A DNA stretch of 64,000 bases from Pseudomonadota bacterium (GTDB lineage: Bacteria > Pseudomonadota > Alphaproteobacteria > Micavibrionales > UBA2020), in contig JAJZVA010000002.1 of the NCBI GenBank assembly GCA_021845905.1, positions 76,577 through 140,576 on the forward strand, read 5' to 3'. The position numbers were made by a program, and so were the translations under genes. Positions 1 through 10,137 of this stretch are shown here, in pieces (the first letter of the stretch is position 1; every line of letters begins with the position of its first letter). The notes under the pieces were generated by a model. It worked only from the letters and a program-made list of their open reading frames with translations, did no database searches and was not told the origin of the DNA.

Positions 1-1799
1 GCATCCACCGGCTGACCGCGATCCTCGCCGCCGGTCTGGTGAAGCTCGGCTTCGAGATCGAAAACGACCACTGTTTCGACACGGTCACCGTCGATGTCGG
101 CTCCTTGTCCGAGGACGTTCTGGCGCGCGCCGGAACCCACGGCGTCAACCTGCGTGATTTCGGCGACGGCTGCATCGGCGTCTCGCTCGACGAGAAATCG
201 ACCCGCGCGGAAATCGTGACGTTGTGGCAGATTTTCTCGGGCAAGAGCGCGTTCGCGTTCAGCGTCGAAAGCCTCGATGCCGACGCGCCCGACCTTCTGC
301 CGCAGAACCTCAGGCGTGCCTCGGCCTATCTCACCCATCCGACGTTCCATCTCTACCGCTCGGAAACCGAGATGCTGCGCTATCTCGCCCGTCTCGAGCG
401 CAAGGACATCTCGCTCAACCGCGCGATGATCCCGCTCGGCTCCTGCACCATGAAGCTCAACGCCACCGCGGAGATGATCCCCATCTCGTGGCCGGAATTC
501 TGCGACATGCATCCCTTCGCGCCCGCCGGGCAGACAGAAGGCTACCGCCTGCTGCTCCGCGACCTCGCGCAGAAGCTCGCGGCGCTGACCGGCTTCGCCG
601 CCGTGTCGCTGCAGCCCAACGCCGGCGCGCAGGGCGAATACGCGGGGCTTCTGGTCATCCGCGCCTGGCATGCGAGCAAAGGTGAAACGCATCGCAACGT
701 CTGCCTCATCCCGTCGTCCGCGCACGGCACCAATCCCGCCTCGGCGGCGATGGCGGGGATGAAAGTCGTCGTCGTCTCTTGCGATGAACATGGCAATATC
801 GATCTTGCCGATCTCAAGGCCAAGGCCGCAGAACATAAGGACAATCTCGCCGCGCTGATGGTGACCTATCCCTCGACGCACGGCGTCTTCGAGCAGGAGA
901 TCCGCGAGATCTGCGACGTCATCCATGACAACGGCGGGCAGGTCTACATGGACGGCGCGAACTTCAACGCGCTGGTCGGCCTCGCCCTGCCGGGCAAGTT
1001 CGGCGCGGACGTGATGCACATGAACCTGCATAAAACCTTTTGCATTCCGCACGGCGGCGGCGGCCCGGGCATGGGGCCGATCGGCGTGGCCGAGCATCTG
1101 GCGAGGTTTCTGCCGGGCAATCCGGTGGTGCAGACCGGCGGGGAAGAGAGCATCGGCGCGATTTCCGCCGCGCCGTGGGGTTCGGCGTCGATCTTGCCGA
1201 TTTCATGGATGTATATCACGATGATGGGCGCGGAAGGCCTGCGCCGCGCGTCGCAAATCGCCATCCTCAACGCCAATTACGTTTCAAGGAAGCTCGAAAA
1301 GCATTACGCCACGCTTTATACCGGCAGGACGGGATACGTCGCGCACGAATGCATCATCGACACGCGCCCGTTCAAGGAGTCCGCGGGCGTGACGGTGGAG
1401 GACATCGCGAAAAGGCTGATGGACTACGGCTTTCACGCGCCGACGATGTCCTTCCCCGTGCCGGGGACGCTGATGATCGAGCCGACCGAGAGCGAGTCGG
1501 TGCATGAGCTCGACCGTTTCATTTCCGCGCTCGTCTCGATCCGCGAGGAGATCGCGCGCATCGCGCGCGGCGCCTGGCCCAAGGATGACAATCCGCTGCG
1601 CAATGCGCCGCATACGCAAGAGGACATCGCGGCGGAAGACTGGACGCATCCTTATGCGCGGCGGGAGGCCGCGTTCCCCGCGGCTTTTGTCGCGGCGGAC
1701 AAGTTCTGGCCGCCGGTCGGGCGCATCGACAACGCCGCGGGCGACCGCAATCTCGTCTGCTCCTGCCCGCCGGTTGAGGATTATCAGAACGCGGCCTAA
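1..1799 (+). CDS. gcvP: glycine dehydrogenase (decarboxylating) P-protein, C-terminal ~598 aa; 5' end outside window
   Basis: Frame open from window edge (..[20 protein letters not shown]..) to TAA 1797-1799; PLP-lysine block [16 protein letters not shown]; colinear fused-type GcvP. Confidence 0.95.
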   Translation, partial: IHRLTAILAAGLVKLGFEIENDHCFDTVTVDVGSLSEDVLARAGTHGVNLRDFGDGCIGVSLDEKSTRAEIVTLWQIFSGKSAFAFSVESLDADAPDLLPQNLRRASAYLTHPTFHLYRSETEMLRYLARLERKDISLNRAMIPLGSCTMKLNATAEMIPISWPEFCDMHPFAPAGQTEGYRLLLRDLAQKLAALTGFAAVSLQPNAGAQGEYAGLLVIRAWHASKGETHRNVCLIPSSAHGTNPASAAMAGMKVVVVSCDEHGNIDLADLKAKAAEHKDNLAALMVTYPSTHGVFEQEIREICDVIHDNGGQVYMDGANFNALVGLALPGKFGADVMHMNLHKTFCIPHGGGGPGMGPIGVAEHLARFLPGNPVVQTGGEESIGAISAAPWGSASILPISWMYITMMGAEGLRRASQIAILNANYVSRKLEKHYATLYTGRTGYVAHECIIDTRPFKESAGVTVEDIAKRLMDYGFHAPTMSFPVPGTLMIEPTESESVHELDRFISALVSIREEIARIARGAWPKDDNPLRNAPHTQEDIAAEDWTHPYARREAAFPAAFVAADKFWPPVGRIDNAAGDRNLVCSCPPVEDYQNAA

Positions 1800-1902
1800 C
1801 CCAAACCCCGGGCGTGCGCAGTACGCGACGACGGTTTGCGTATATAAAAGGGCCGAACCGCCGGATAAAACACCGCCTGACACTTAAACGAGAGGAAAAA
1901 TA

Positions 1903-3906
1903 ATGTCCGTGAATACCGCCGCAAACCCAAAGCCGCAAACCGCCACCCCGCAGGAAATGGCCAATGCCTTGCGCTCTCTCTCCATGGACGCGGTGCAAAA
2001 GGCCAATTCCGGCCATCCCGGCATGCCGATGGGCATGGCCGACGTGGCGACGGTTTTGTTCACGCGCTTTTTGAAGTTCGATCCCGCGCTGCCGGCGTGG
2101 CCGGACCGCGACCGTTTCATTCTCTCCGGCGGGCACGGCTCGATGCTGCTTTATTCCATCCTCCATCTCACCGGCTACGAGAAGATGACGCTGGACGAGA
2201 TCAGGAACTTCCGCCAGCTCGGCAGCCTCACCGCCGGGCATCCGGAAGTCAACCCCGCGGCGGGCATCGAAACCACCACGGGGCCGCTCGGGCAGGGCAT
2301 CGGCAACGCGGTCGGCTTCGCGCTGGCGGAACGGCTGCTGGCCGCGCGCTTCGGCGACGATCTGGTCAACCACTACACCTACGCGATGTGCGGCGACGGC
2401 GATTTGATGGAAGGCATCAGCCATGAAGCCTGTTCGCTCGCGGGGCATCTCGGCCTTGGCAAGCTGATCGTGCTTTACGACGACAACGGCATCTCCATCG
2501 ACGGGCCGACGGCGCTGTCCTTCACCGACGACACGAGAAAACGTTTCGAGGCCTACGGCTGGGAAACGCATCAGGTCGACGGGCATGACCCCGACGCCGT
2601 GGCGGCGGCGATCGCGAAAGCGCAGGTCAACCACAAGCAGCCGAGCCTGATCTGCTGCAGGACGAAGATCGGCTTCGGCGCGCCGACGAAAGAAGGCAAG
2701 TCCTCCAGCCACGGATCGCCTTTGGGGGCGGAGGAGATCGCGGGCGCGCGCAAGAACCTCGGCTGGCCTTATCCGCCGTTCGAAATTCCGGAGCATATCG
2801 TTTCCGCGTGGCGCGACGCAGGGAAACGCGGCGCGGTCGAGCGCAAGAACTGGCAGGTGCGGCTCGACGGGCACGACAGGCGCGACGCCTTCATCCACGG
2901 CCAGCGCGGCGACGTGACGCAGCAGATCGAAACGCTGATCCGGGATTTTAAAACGAAGATGAAAGCCCAGGCGCCCAAAGTCGCCACGCGCAAGGCGTCG
3001 GGCATGGTGCTGGAGTCCCTTGTGCCGCAGATGCCCGAGCTGATCGGCGGTTCGGCGGACCTGACCGGCTCCAACCTGACGCTGGTGAAAGACATGGGCG
3101 GCATCGCCAAAGACGACTTTTCCGGCAGCTACGTTTACTACGGCGTGCGCGAGCACGGCATGGCGGCGATGATGAACGGCATGGCGCTGCACCGCGGGAT
3201 CATCCCCTACGGCGGAACGTTTCTGAGCTTCACCGATTACTGCCGCCCGTCGATCCGCCTCTCCGCCCTGATGAAACAGCGCGTGGTCTATGTGATGACG
3301 CACGATTCCATCGGTTTGGGCGAGGACGGGCCGACGCACCAGCCGGTCGAGCATCTCGCCGCGCTCCGCGCCATTCCCAATCTTCTGGTGATGCGCCCGG
3401 CGGACGTGATCGAGACGGCGGAATGCTGGCAGATCGCGCTTGAAAAGCAGGACGCGCCGAGCGTTCTTGTTCTTTCACGCCAGAATTTGCCGCTGGCGAG
3501 AAAAGAGAGCGGCGACGAAAACCTTACAAGGCGCGGCGCCTATATTCTCGCCGAAGCGCAAGGCGGGCTGAAAGCGACGCTGTGGGCGACCGGCTCGGAA
3601 GTCGAGATCGCCCTTGCCGCGCGCGACCTGTTGCAAAAAGACGGCATCGGCACGCGGGTCGTGTCCGCGCCGTGCCTCGAATTGTTCGATCAGCAGGACG
3701 AAGCGTATAAAAAGTCGCTCGGCGGCGGAAAAGTCACAGCCGCCATCGAAGCGGCGGTGCGTTCCGGCTGGGATAAATATATCGGGCGGGACGGCGTCTT
3801 CATCGGCATGAAAGGCTTTGGCGAATCCGCGCCTGCGGAAGCGCTTTACCGGCACTTCGGCATCACTGCCGAAGACGCGGCGGCGGCGGTGAAAGCGAAG
3901 CTCTGA
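1903..3906 (+). CDS. tkt: transketolase
   Basis: 667 aa; N-terminal [28 protein letters not shown] and [16 protein letters not shown]-binding blocks; purine-rich RBS upstream. Confidence 0.96.
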   Translation: MSVNTAANPKPQTATPQEMANALRSLSMDAVQKANSGHPGMPMGMADVATVLFTRFLKFDPALPAWPDRDRFILSGGHGSMLLYSILHLTGYEKMTLDEIRNFRQLGSLTAGHPEVNPAAGIETTTGPLGQGIGNAVGFALAERLLAARFGDDLVNHYTYAMCGDGDLMEGISHEACSLAGHLGLGKLIVLYDDNGISIDGPTALSFTDDTRKRFEAYGWETHQVDGHDPDAVAAAIAKAQVNHKQPSLICCRTKIGFGAPTKEGKSSSHGSPLGAEEIAGARKNLGWPYPPFEIPEHIVSAWRDAGKRGAVERKNWQVRLDGHDRRDAFIHGQRGDVTQQIETLIRDFKTKMKAQAPKVATRKASGMVLESLVPQMPELIGGSADLTGSNLTLVKDMGGIAKDDFSGSYVYYGVREHGMAAMMNGMALHRGIIPYGGTFLSFTDYCRPSIRLSALMKQRVVYVMTHDSIGLGEDGPTHQPVEHLAALRAIPNLLVMRPADVIETAECWQIALEKQDAPSVLVLSRQNLPLARKESGDENLTRRGAYILAEAQGGLKATLWATGSEVEIALAARDLLQKDGIGTRVVSAPCLELFDQQDEAYKKSLGGGKVTAAIEAAVRSGWDKYIGRDGVFIGMKGFGESAPAEALYRHFGITAEDAAAAVKAKL

Positions 3907-3930
3907 AAGCTTTTTAAGGCGTGGGGCCTC

Positions 3931-3982
3931 TGGACGATTTTTACGGCCGGGGGCGCTGGATGATTTTTACGGCCGGGGGCCG
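3931..3982. repeat. 26-bp tandem direct repeat x2 (tggaYgatttttacggccggggg..) spanning the stop codon and last codons of the minus-strand ORF 3967-4617
   Basis: Copies 3931-3956 and 3957-3982 differ at about 3 positions; read directly from sequence. Confidence 0.85.
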
Positions 3983-4617
3983 TTGCCGCCGCGTTTGTTG
4001 CGCGGTTTTGCCGCAGGCGGCGTTTCCTTGCCGCCCAGCTTTTCGGCCAGTTTGACGATCTCCGCCAGCACCGGCGCGTTTTGCACGGTGAGGCCGGCCA
4101 TGTCGGCATAATCCTGCAGACTCGGCATGATGGGATCTTCACTGTCTTCCAGCGAAAAGGCGCTGTATCGCGCGCGGATCTCCTGCAGCTGTTCCGGCGC
4201 GGCGGTCTTTGCGAACTGTTCCATTTCTTTCATGTCCGTAAGGATCCCTGCGGCGATCAGCGTGAACGCGCCCTGGCGCGCTTCGAGGGGAATCCGGGGG
4301 AATTTTTCCACGCCGGCAGGGTGCGTGCCGTAGGCATAGGCGATCATGTAATCGACGGCTTGCACGGGCAAAGCCGCTTCGATCCGCCGGTTCAGCGCGG
4401 CATCTTCATTGTAAACGGCAGCCATTTGAACCGGCAGCGCCACCGCCGCCGCGATCAGCGCGGGATCGTTGGGATAGAGGGCGGAAACCGTTTCGGCGAT
4501 TTTCAGGACCTGATCGTCAAAATCGACCATCCCCTGATCGACGTATTTTTTCAGGAACGCATAGGCAGCTTTGACCTCGGGATGCTGTGAAAGTGTTGTC
4601 TCTTCAAAAGGTTTCAT
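3967..4617 (-). CDS. hypothetical protein (orphan) with basic/proline C-terminal tail ..KPRNKRGGNGPRP
   Basis: 216-aa ORF with GC3-rich codons, inserted convergent to tkt and divergent from gap; AT-rich upstream region 4618-4779; no motif recognised. Confidence 0.6.
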   Translation of the reverse strand: MKPFEETTLSQHPEVKAAYAFLKKYVDQGMVDFDDQVLKIAETVSALYPNDPALIAAAVALPVQMAAVYNEDAALNRRIEAALPVQAVDYMIAYAYGTHPAGVEKFPRIPLEARQGAFTLIAAGILTDMKEMEQFAKTAAPEQLQEIRARYSAFSLEDSEDPIMPSLQDYADMAGLTVQNAPVLAEIVKLAEKLGGKETPPAAKPRNKRGGNGPRP

Positions 4618-4779
4618 ATTATTCTCTCCATAATTTTAATTTTTACCATAACGCGGGAGAACTTATAGCATATCTGAAAAATGTCAACACCCTATGTGAA
4701 ATAATAATCATACCAACCCTTTAGCTCGACCGCAAACTGGCGTACAACAAAAACACAAAGGTATTTTGAGGAGAACATC

Positions 4780-5787
4780 ATGACCACCAGAATTTCCATC
4801 AACGGATTCGGGCGCATCGGCCGCCTTGTCCTGCGCGCCATCATGGAAAGCGGCCGCAACGACGTCTCCGTCGTCGCCATCAACGACCTCGCCACGGCGG
4901 AGGCCAACGCCCACCTGCTGAAATACGACACCATCCATGGCCGCTTCGGCGGCGAGGTGAAGGTCAGCGGCGACAAGCTGATCGTCAACGGCCACGAGAT
5001 CCTGATGACGCAGGAAAAAGACCCCGCCGCGCTGCCGTGGAAGAAGCTCGGCGTCGACGTCGCCATGGAATGCACCGGCCGCTTCACCAAGAAGGCCGAC
5101 GCGGAAAAGCACGTCGCCGCAGGGGCGAAGCGGGTGCTGATCTCCGCGCCCGCGACCGACGAAGACATCACCGTCGTCTACGGCGTCAATCACGAGAAGC
5201 TGGAAGCCGCGCACACCGTCGTCTCCAACGCCTCCTGCACCACCAACTGTCTTGCGCCCGTGGCCTTCGCGCTCAACAACGCCATCGGCATCAAAAACGG
5301 CTTCATGACGACGATCCACAGCTACACCGGCGACCAGCCGACGCTGGATACGATGCACAAGGACCTGCACCGCGCCCGCGCCGCCGCCTGCAACATGGTG
5401 CCAACCTCGACCGGCGCGGCGAAAGCCGTCGGCAAGGTTTTGCCCGAGCTGAAAGGCAAGCTCGACGGCGTCTCGATCCGCGTGCCGACGCCCAACGTCT
5501 CGGTGATCGACTTCAAGTTCAACGCCGCGAAGCCGACGACGGCGGAAGAAGTCAACGCCGCGATCGTCAGCGCCGCCGACGGCCCGCTCAGGGGCATTCT
5601 CGGCTATTACGCCGAGCCGCTGGTCTCCCACGATTTCAACCACGATCCGCGCTCCTCGATCTTCGCCCTCAACGAGACCAAGGTCATCGACGGCACGCTG
5701 GTGCGCGTCATGAGCTGGTACGACAACGAGTGGGGCTTCTCCAACCGCATGTCCGATACGGCGGCGGCGATGGCGGCCCTGAAATAA
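4780..5787 (+). CDS. gap: glyceraldehyde-3-phosphate dehydrogenase
   Basis: 335 aa; INGFGRIGR NAD-binding start, active-site SNASCTTNCLAP, WYDNEWG C-terminal block; RBS gaggag. Confidence 0.96.
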   Translation: MTTRISINGFGRIGRLVLRAIMESGRNDVSVVAINDLATAEANAHLLKYDTIHGRFGGEVKVSGDKLIVNGHEILMTQEKDPAALPWKKLGVDVAMECTGRFTKKADAEKHVAAGAKRVLISAPATDEDITVVYGVNHEKLEAAHTVVSNASCTTNCLAPVAFALNNAIGIKNGFMTTIHSYTGDQPTLDTMHKDLHRARAAACNMVPTSTGAAKAVGKVLPELKGKLDGVSIRVPTPNVSVIDFKFNAAKPTTAEEVNAAIVSAADGPLRGILGYYAEPLVSHDFNHDPRSSIFALNETKVIDGTLVRVMSWYDNEWGFSNRMSDTAAAMAALK

Positions 5788-5830
5788 CCGCATCATTGCA
5801 ATAAACCAACCCCGGAAAGGAAACATCATC

Positions 5831-6337
5831 ATGGCGGCAAAGTTGATCGGAAACGTTTTCAAATCCCTCTATCGCGGCGGGGAGCATCTCACGGATTCGC
5901 TGTTGCGCGACATGGAGCCCGCGAAGGCGCATCGCATCGGCCGCGTCGTCGACGCGGGCGCGGGCGCGCTGGTCACGTACATGAGCGCGGCTGGCATCGT
6001 CGGCAACGTCATGGCCGTGGCGACCATCGCGTCGGCGGCGGCGTTCGTGTCCGCGCCGGTGATGGCGGTGACGCTCGCCTCGGCCGCGCTGTTCGGCACG
6101 CTGAATGTCCTGGCCGCGACGTTCGGCCTCGGCCTCCTCGGCGCGGCGGCGCAGAAGTTCGGCGTCATGTCTCCGCGCGAGGTCGCGCGCCGCGCCGCGC
6201 GGGAAACCGTCCGCCCGCTCGCCTGGACGGCGCGAAAGCTCCGCCATCCGTTCCAAAAAGCGCATGACGGGCAGACGGCGCGAAAGGCCGCGCGGCAAAA
6301 GCCCGCGCCGCGCGCAACCGTCAAACATAAGCTGTGA
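5831..6337 (+). CDS. hypothetical Ala-rich membrane protein with basic tail
   Basis: 168-aa ORF, RBS aaagga 8 nt upstream, strong GC3 bias, two or three hydrophobic stretches; occupies the slot where pgk is often found. Confidence 0.5.
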   Translation: MAAKLIGNVFKSLYRGGEHLTDSLLRDMEPAKAHRIGRVVDAGAGALVTYMSAAGIVGNVMAVATIASAAAFVSAPVMAVTLASAALFGTLNVLAATFGLGLLGAAAQKFGVMSPREVARRAARETVRPLAWTARKLRHPFQKAHDGQTARKAARQKPAPRATVKHKL

Positions 6338-6449
6338 CGGACGCTGGGCGCGGCCCTGCGCCCGCGACGGCTGTTTTTCGCTTGATCTTCGGGCGTCCTG
6401 TCCTAGAATGACGCTCGTGTTTCATGAGCCTGTTCGGAAGGAGTTTTCC

Positions 6450-7373
6450 ATGCGCGTCACCCAGAAGGTCAAAAAGATTCTCTCGCATTACGAGAGCGAC
6501 AACCCCGGCACCAAGGCGAACTTGTGCCGCATGCTGATGCACGGCAAGCTCGGCGGGTCGGGCAAAATGGTCATCCTGCCGGTCGATCAGGGCTTCGAGC
6601 ACGGCCCGGCGCGGAGCTTCGCCGTCAACCCCGAAGGCTACGATCCGCATTACCATTATCAGCTGGCGATCGACGCGGGCTGCAACGCCTACGCCGCGCC
6701 GCTCGGCGCTCTGGAGGCGGGCGCCGATACGTTCGCGGGCGCGATCCCGCTGATCCTCAAGATCAACAGCTCCAACAGCCTGATCTCGGCCAAGGACCAG
6801 TCGGTCACGGGGAGCGTCGCCGACGCGCTGCGGCTCGGTTGCTCGGCCATCGGCTTCACCGTCTATCCCGGCTCCGAGCACATGCTTGAGATGCAGGAGG
6901 AAATCACCCAGCTTTCGGAAGAGGCCAAATCCGTCGGCATCGCCACGGTCATCTGGTCATACGTGCGCGGCCCCGCCGTCTCCAAGGACGGCGAAACCGC
7001 CATCGACACCATCGCCTACGGCGCGCACATGGCGGCGCAGCTCGGCGCCCACATCATCAAGGTCAAACTGCCGACCGATCACCTCGAACTGAGTGAAGCG
7101 AAAAAGGTCTATCTCGAGCGGAAAATTCCCATCAAGACGCAGGCGGAGCGCGTGAGGCACGTCATGCAGTCGAGCTTCGCGGGGCGGCGCATCGTCGTCT
7201 TCTCCGGCGGCGCGGCGAAGGGCGATGCCGATGTTCTCGCCGACGCGCGCGCGATTTATGAAGGCGGCGGCAACGGCTCGATCATGGGGCGCAACGCCTT
7301 CCAGCGTCCGCGCGAAGAGGCCTTGAAGCTCCTCGATCAGGTCATGCAGATTTATCTCGGAAAAAACAGTTGA
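6450..7373 (+). CDS. fba: class I fructose-bisphosphate aldolase (DeoC/LacD-type)
   Basis: ATG 6450 with RBS ggaaggag; MRVTQKVKKILSHYESDNPGT.., VILPVDQGFEHGP, IIKVKLP Schiff-base lysine region; the track ORF start at 6105 is an upstream extension. Confidence 0.88.
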   Translation: MRVTQKVKKILSHYESDNPGTKANLCRMLMHGKLGGSGKMVILPVDQGFEHGPARSFAVNPEGYDPHYHYQLAIDAGCNAYAAPLGALEAGADTFAGAIPLILKINSSNSLISAKDQSVTGSVADALRLGCSAIGFTVYPGSEHMLEMQEEITQLSEEAKSVGIATVIWSYVRGPAVSKDGETAIDTIAYGAHMAAQLGAHIIKVKLPTDHLELSEAKKVYLERKIPIKTQAERVRHVMQSSFAGRRIVVFSGGAAKGDADVLADARAIYEGGGNGSIMGRNAFQRPREEALKLLDQVMQIYLGKNS

Positions 7374-7449
7374 TTTTCATATTAATGAAAAATTAACTGT
7401 ATATCCTCTATTATGATATTTATGCGCGTTCTCATCACGGAGGTTTCTC

Positions 7450-7662
7450 GTGGATAAAAAGATGTCTAAAGATAGGCAGTTATTGATGACATTTGCTCAA
7501 GCCCAGGCATATGCGCGTAAACGCGGCGGGAGACTGCCCACAAGCGAAGAGTTAAAAGGCCGTATTGTGAGAGGCGACGGCAATCCGGTTTGGGCTTCTG
7601 ATAAACCGCCAGTGGGCAAACAGAAATCGTCACGCGGGCGCACTATCGTTATAAAAGAATAA
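7450..7662 (+). CDS. small hypothetical protein with DUF1566/Lcl-like motif (..AQAYARKRGGRLPTSEEL..)
   Basis: 70 aa, GTG start 6 nt after GGAGG; sits in a visibly AT-richer 340-bp segment between fba and pheT. Confidence 0.4.
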   Translation: MDKKMSKDRQLLMTFAQAQAYARKRGGRLPTSEELKGRIVRGDGNPVWASDKPPVGKQKSSRGRTIVIKE

Positions 7663-7710
7663 ATAGCATCCTGACGCCTATCCGCGCCCCTGTATGCGAA
7701 GAAGTTCCGC

Positions 7711-10122
7711 TTATATCCGCAGCACGCCGCCGATGCCCTTGACCGCAGTGACGATCTTGCTGCCCATGGCGGAAATCTCCTCGTCGGTGAGGGTTTTCTC
7801 GACCGGTTGCAAGGTCACGGCAACGCCGACCGATTTCTTGCCGTCTTCGACGCCTTTTCCCGTGTAGATGTCGAAGATTTCCACATCGGCGATGAGTTTC
7901 CTGTCGGCGGACGCCACGGCGCGGACGAGCTTGTCCGCCTCCAGCGCCGCATCGACGATGAAGGCGAAGTCGCGGCTGACCGGCTGGAACGGCGAGGGGA
8001 CGAGAAGCTCCTTGCGCGGGCCTTTGTCTTTCACGGGCGGCAGGGCTTCGAGAAAGATCTCGAAACCGGCGAAAGGTTCGTCGCGCTTCAGCGTTTCCAG
8101 CACCGCGGGGTGGATTTCGCCGAAGTGCGCCAGCACCGTCTGCCCGAGGCGCAAGGATCCCGCGCGTCCCGGATGATACCAGTCGGGCGCATCGCGGGCG
8201 ATGTTCAGGCTATTGGTATTGACGGCGCAGGCGGCGAGCGCGGCGAGCGCGTCCGCCTTGACGTCGAGCGCGTCTGCGGCGCGCGCGGGCCGCGACCAGT
8301 GGCGCTTCTCGGCGTTGCCGCAGCGGATCCCCGCGGCGACGACCGGCTGGCCGTCGTGCGCGGGGGAATTGTAGATCCTGCCGATCTCGAACAGCGCCGC
8401 GTCGGTAAGGCCGCGGTCGGCGTTTTTCCCCGCCGCGTCGATCAGGTTGGGCAGGATGGAAGGGCGCATGTGCGAGAGATCGGCGCTGATCGGGTTGACC
8501 AGCGTCAGCGCCTGCTTGTCGCGGCCCGCGCTTGCGCCGAAAAGGTCCGCCTTCGCGCTTTCCATGAAAGACCATGTCACCGTCTCATAAAGACCGCGCG
8601 CGGCCAGCGCGCGCTTCGTCGCGGCGGCGCGTTTCTGCAGCGGCGCGGGCGCGGGCATTTTCTCGCCCGCGGCGCGGGTCACGGCGACGGCGGGGATGTT
8701 GTCGTAGCCGTCGATGCGCAGGATTTCCTCGACGATGTCCGCGACGCCCGCAACGTCGTGCCGCCAGCCCGGGGTGCGCGCGTTCCAGCCGACGAGCCTG
8801 AAGCCGAGCGCGGTCAGTATCTCCTTCTGCCGCGCTTCGGGAAGATCGCGCCCGCCGAGGGTTTTGAGCTTCTCCGGCTTGTAGGCGATGGCGCGGGCGT
8901 TGTCGGGCGCGGCGCCGGCGGCGAAGACCTCGGAAGGGTTGCCGCCGCAGAGATCCAGCACCATGCGCGTCGCCAGTTCCATGCCGTCTTTCGTGAAGCC
9001 GGGGTCGACGCCGCGCTCGAAACGGTAGCGCGCGTCGCTGTCGATTTGCAGTTTCTGCCCGGTCTTCGCGACCGTCGCGGGGTCGAACCAGGCGCATTCG
9101 ATGTAGACGTTCCTGGTGTTTCCGTCGACGGCGGTGGAGGCCCCGCCCATCACGCCGCCGAGGCCGATGACGCGCCCGCCCGCGCTGCCGGCGGCGCCTT
9201 CGCCTTCGTCGCAGACGACGATCATGCCGTCGTCGAGCGCGTAGGTCTTGTCGTTCAGCGCGGCGCATTCCTCGCCTTTTTTCGAGAGGCGCACGTGGAT
9301 GTTGCCCCTGAGCTTGTCGGCGTCGAAGACGTGCAGGGGGCGGCAGAGGCCGATGGAGAAATAATTGGTGATGTCGACCAGCGCGGAGATGGGTTTTTGC
9401 CCGACGGCCTTGAGGCGTTTTTGCAGCCATTCGGGCGACGCGCCGTTTTTGACGTCCCTGATATGCCGCCCGAGGAACAGCGGACAGGTCTTCATGTCCT
9501 TGAGCGCGACGGAGACGGGATTTTTGCAAAGTCCGGCGACGGCTTCGGTGTCGAGCGGCTTCAGGGTTCCGATGCCGGTCGCGGCGAGATCGCGCGCGAT
9601 GCCGTAAACGCCCGCGCAATCGCCGCGGTTGGGGGTGAGGTTGATTTCGATCACCGGATCGGTCAGCCCCAATGCCGCGGCGGCGGGGCTGCCGGTCGCG
9701 GCGTCTTCCGGCAGTTCGATGATGCCGTTATGTTCGTCGGAGAGGAGAAGCTCGCGCTCCGAGCACATCATGCCGTTCGATTCCTGCCCGCGGATATTGG
9801 CCTTTTTGAGCGTGACGCCGAGGCCGGGGATATGGCTGCCCGCGGGCGCGAAGACGCCCTTCATCCCCGCGCGCGCGTTGGGCGCGCCGCAGACGACCTT
9901 GAGCCGTTCCGCGCCGGTATCGACGACGAGGCATTGCAGCTTGTCGGCGTCGGGGTGTTTTTCCGCCGCGACGACATGGCCGACGACGAAGCCCTTCAGC
10001 GCCGATGCGGGATCTTCGATATGTTCGACCTCGAGGCCGATGGCGGTCAGCTTCGCGGAGATTTCGTCGAGCGTGGCGTCGGTTTCAAGATGCTCCTTGA
10101 GCCAGGAGAGGGTGAATTTCAT
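7711..10122 (-). CDS. pheT: phenylalanine--tRNA ligase beta subunit
   Basis: 803 aa; MKFTLSWLKEHLETDATLDEI start, tRNA-binding, B3/4 and B5 regions colinear. Confidence 0.95.
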   Translation of the reverse strand: MKFTLSWLKEHLETDATLDEISAKLTAIGLEVEHIEDPASALKGFVVGHVVAAEKHPDADKLQCLVVDTGAERLKVVCGAPNARAGMKGVFAPAGSHIPGLGVTLKKANIRGQESNGMMCSERELLLSDEHNGIIELPEDAATGSPAAAALGLTDPVIEINLTPNRGDCAGVYGIARDLAATGIGTLKPLDTEAVAGLCKNPVSVALKDMKTCPLFLGRHIRDVKNGASPEWLQKRLKAVGQKPISALVDITNYFSIGLCRPLHVFDADKLRGNIHVRLSKKGEECAALNDKTYALDDGMIVVCDEGEGAAGSAGGRVIGLGGVMGGASTAVDGNTRNVYIECAWFDPATVAKTGQKLQIDSDARYRFERGVDPGFTKDGMELATRMVLDLCGGNPSEVFAAGAAPDNARAIAYKPEKLKTLGGRDLPEARQKEILTALGFRLVGWNARTPGWRHDVAGVADIVEEILRIDGYDNIPAVAVTRAAGEKMPAPAPLQKRAAATKRALAARGLYETVTWSFMESAKADLFGASAGRDKQALTLVNPISADLSHMRPSILPNLIDAAGKNADRGLTDAALFEIGRIYNSPAHDGQPVVAAGIRCGNAEKRHWSRPARAADALDVKADALAALAACAVNTNSLNIARDAPDWYHPGRAGSLRLGQTVLAHFGEIHPAVLETLKRDEPFAGFEIFLEALPPVKDKGPRKELLVPSPFQPVSRDFAFIVDAALEADKLVRAVASADRKLIADVEIFDIYTGKGVEDGKKSVGVAVTLQPVEKTLTDEEISAMGSKIVTAVKGIGGVLRI

Positions 10123-10137
10123 TCTGGATCTCCTCGA

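Noticed and set aside
1519-3354. 611-aa minus-strand ORF over tkt. Similar long antisense ORFs occur at 4708-5862, 16059-17375, 17956-19512, 19274-20338, 39299-40957, 40744-42204, 47746-49590, 57279-58781, 59905-60957 and 62771-63865.
   Set aside because: All lie opposite recognisable or better-supported genes and have the Arg/His/Gly/Asp-rich composition typical of shadow frames in high-GC genomes.
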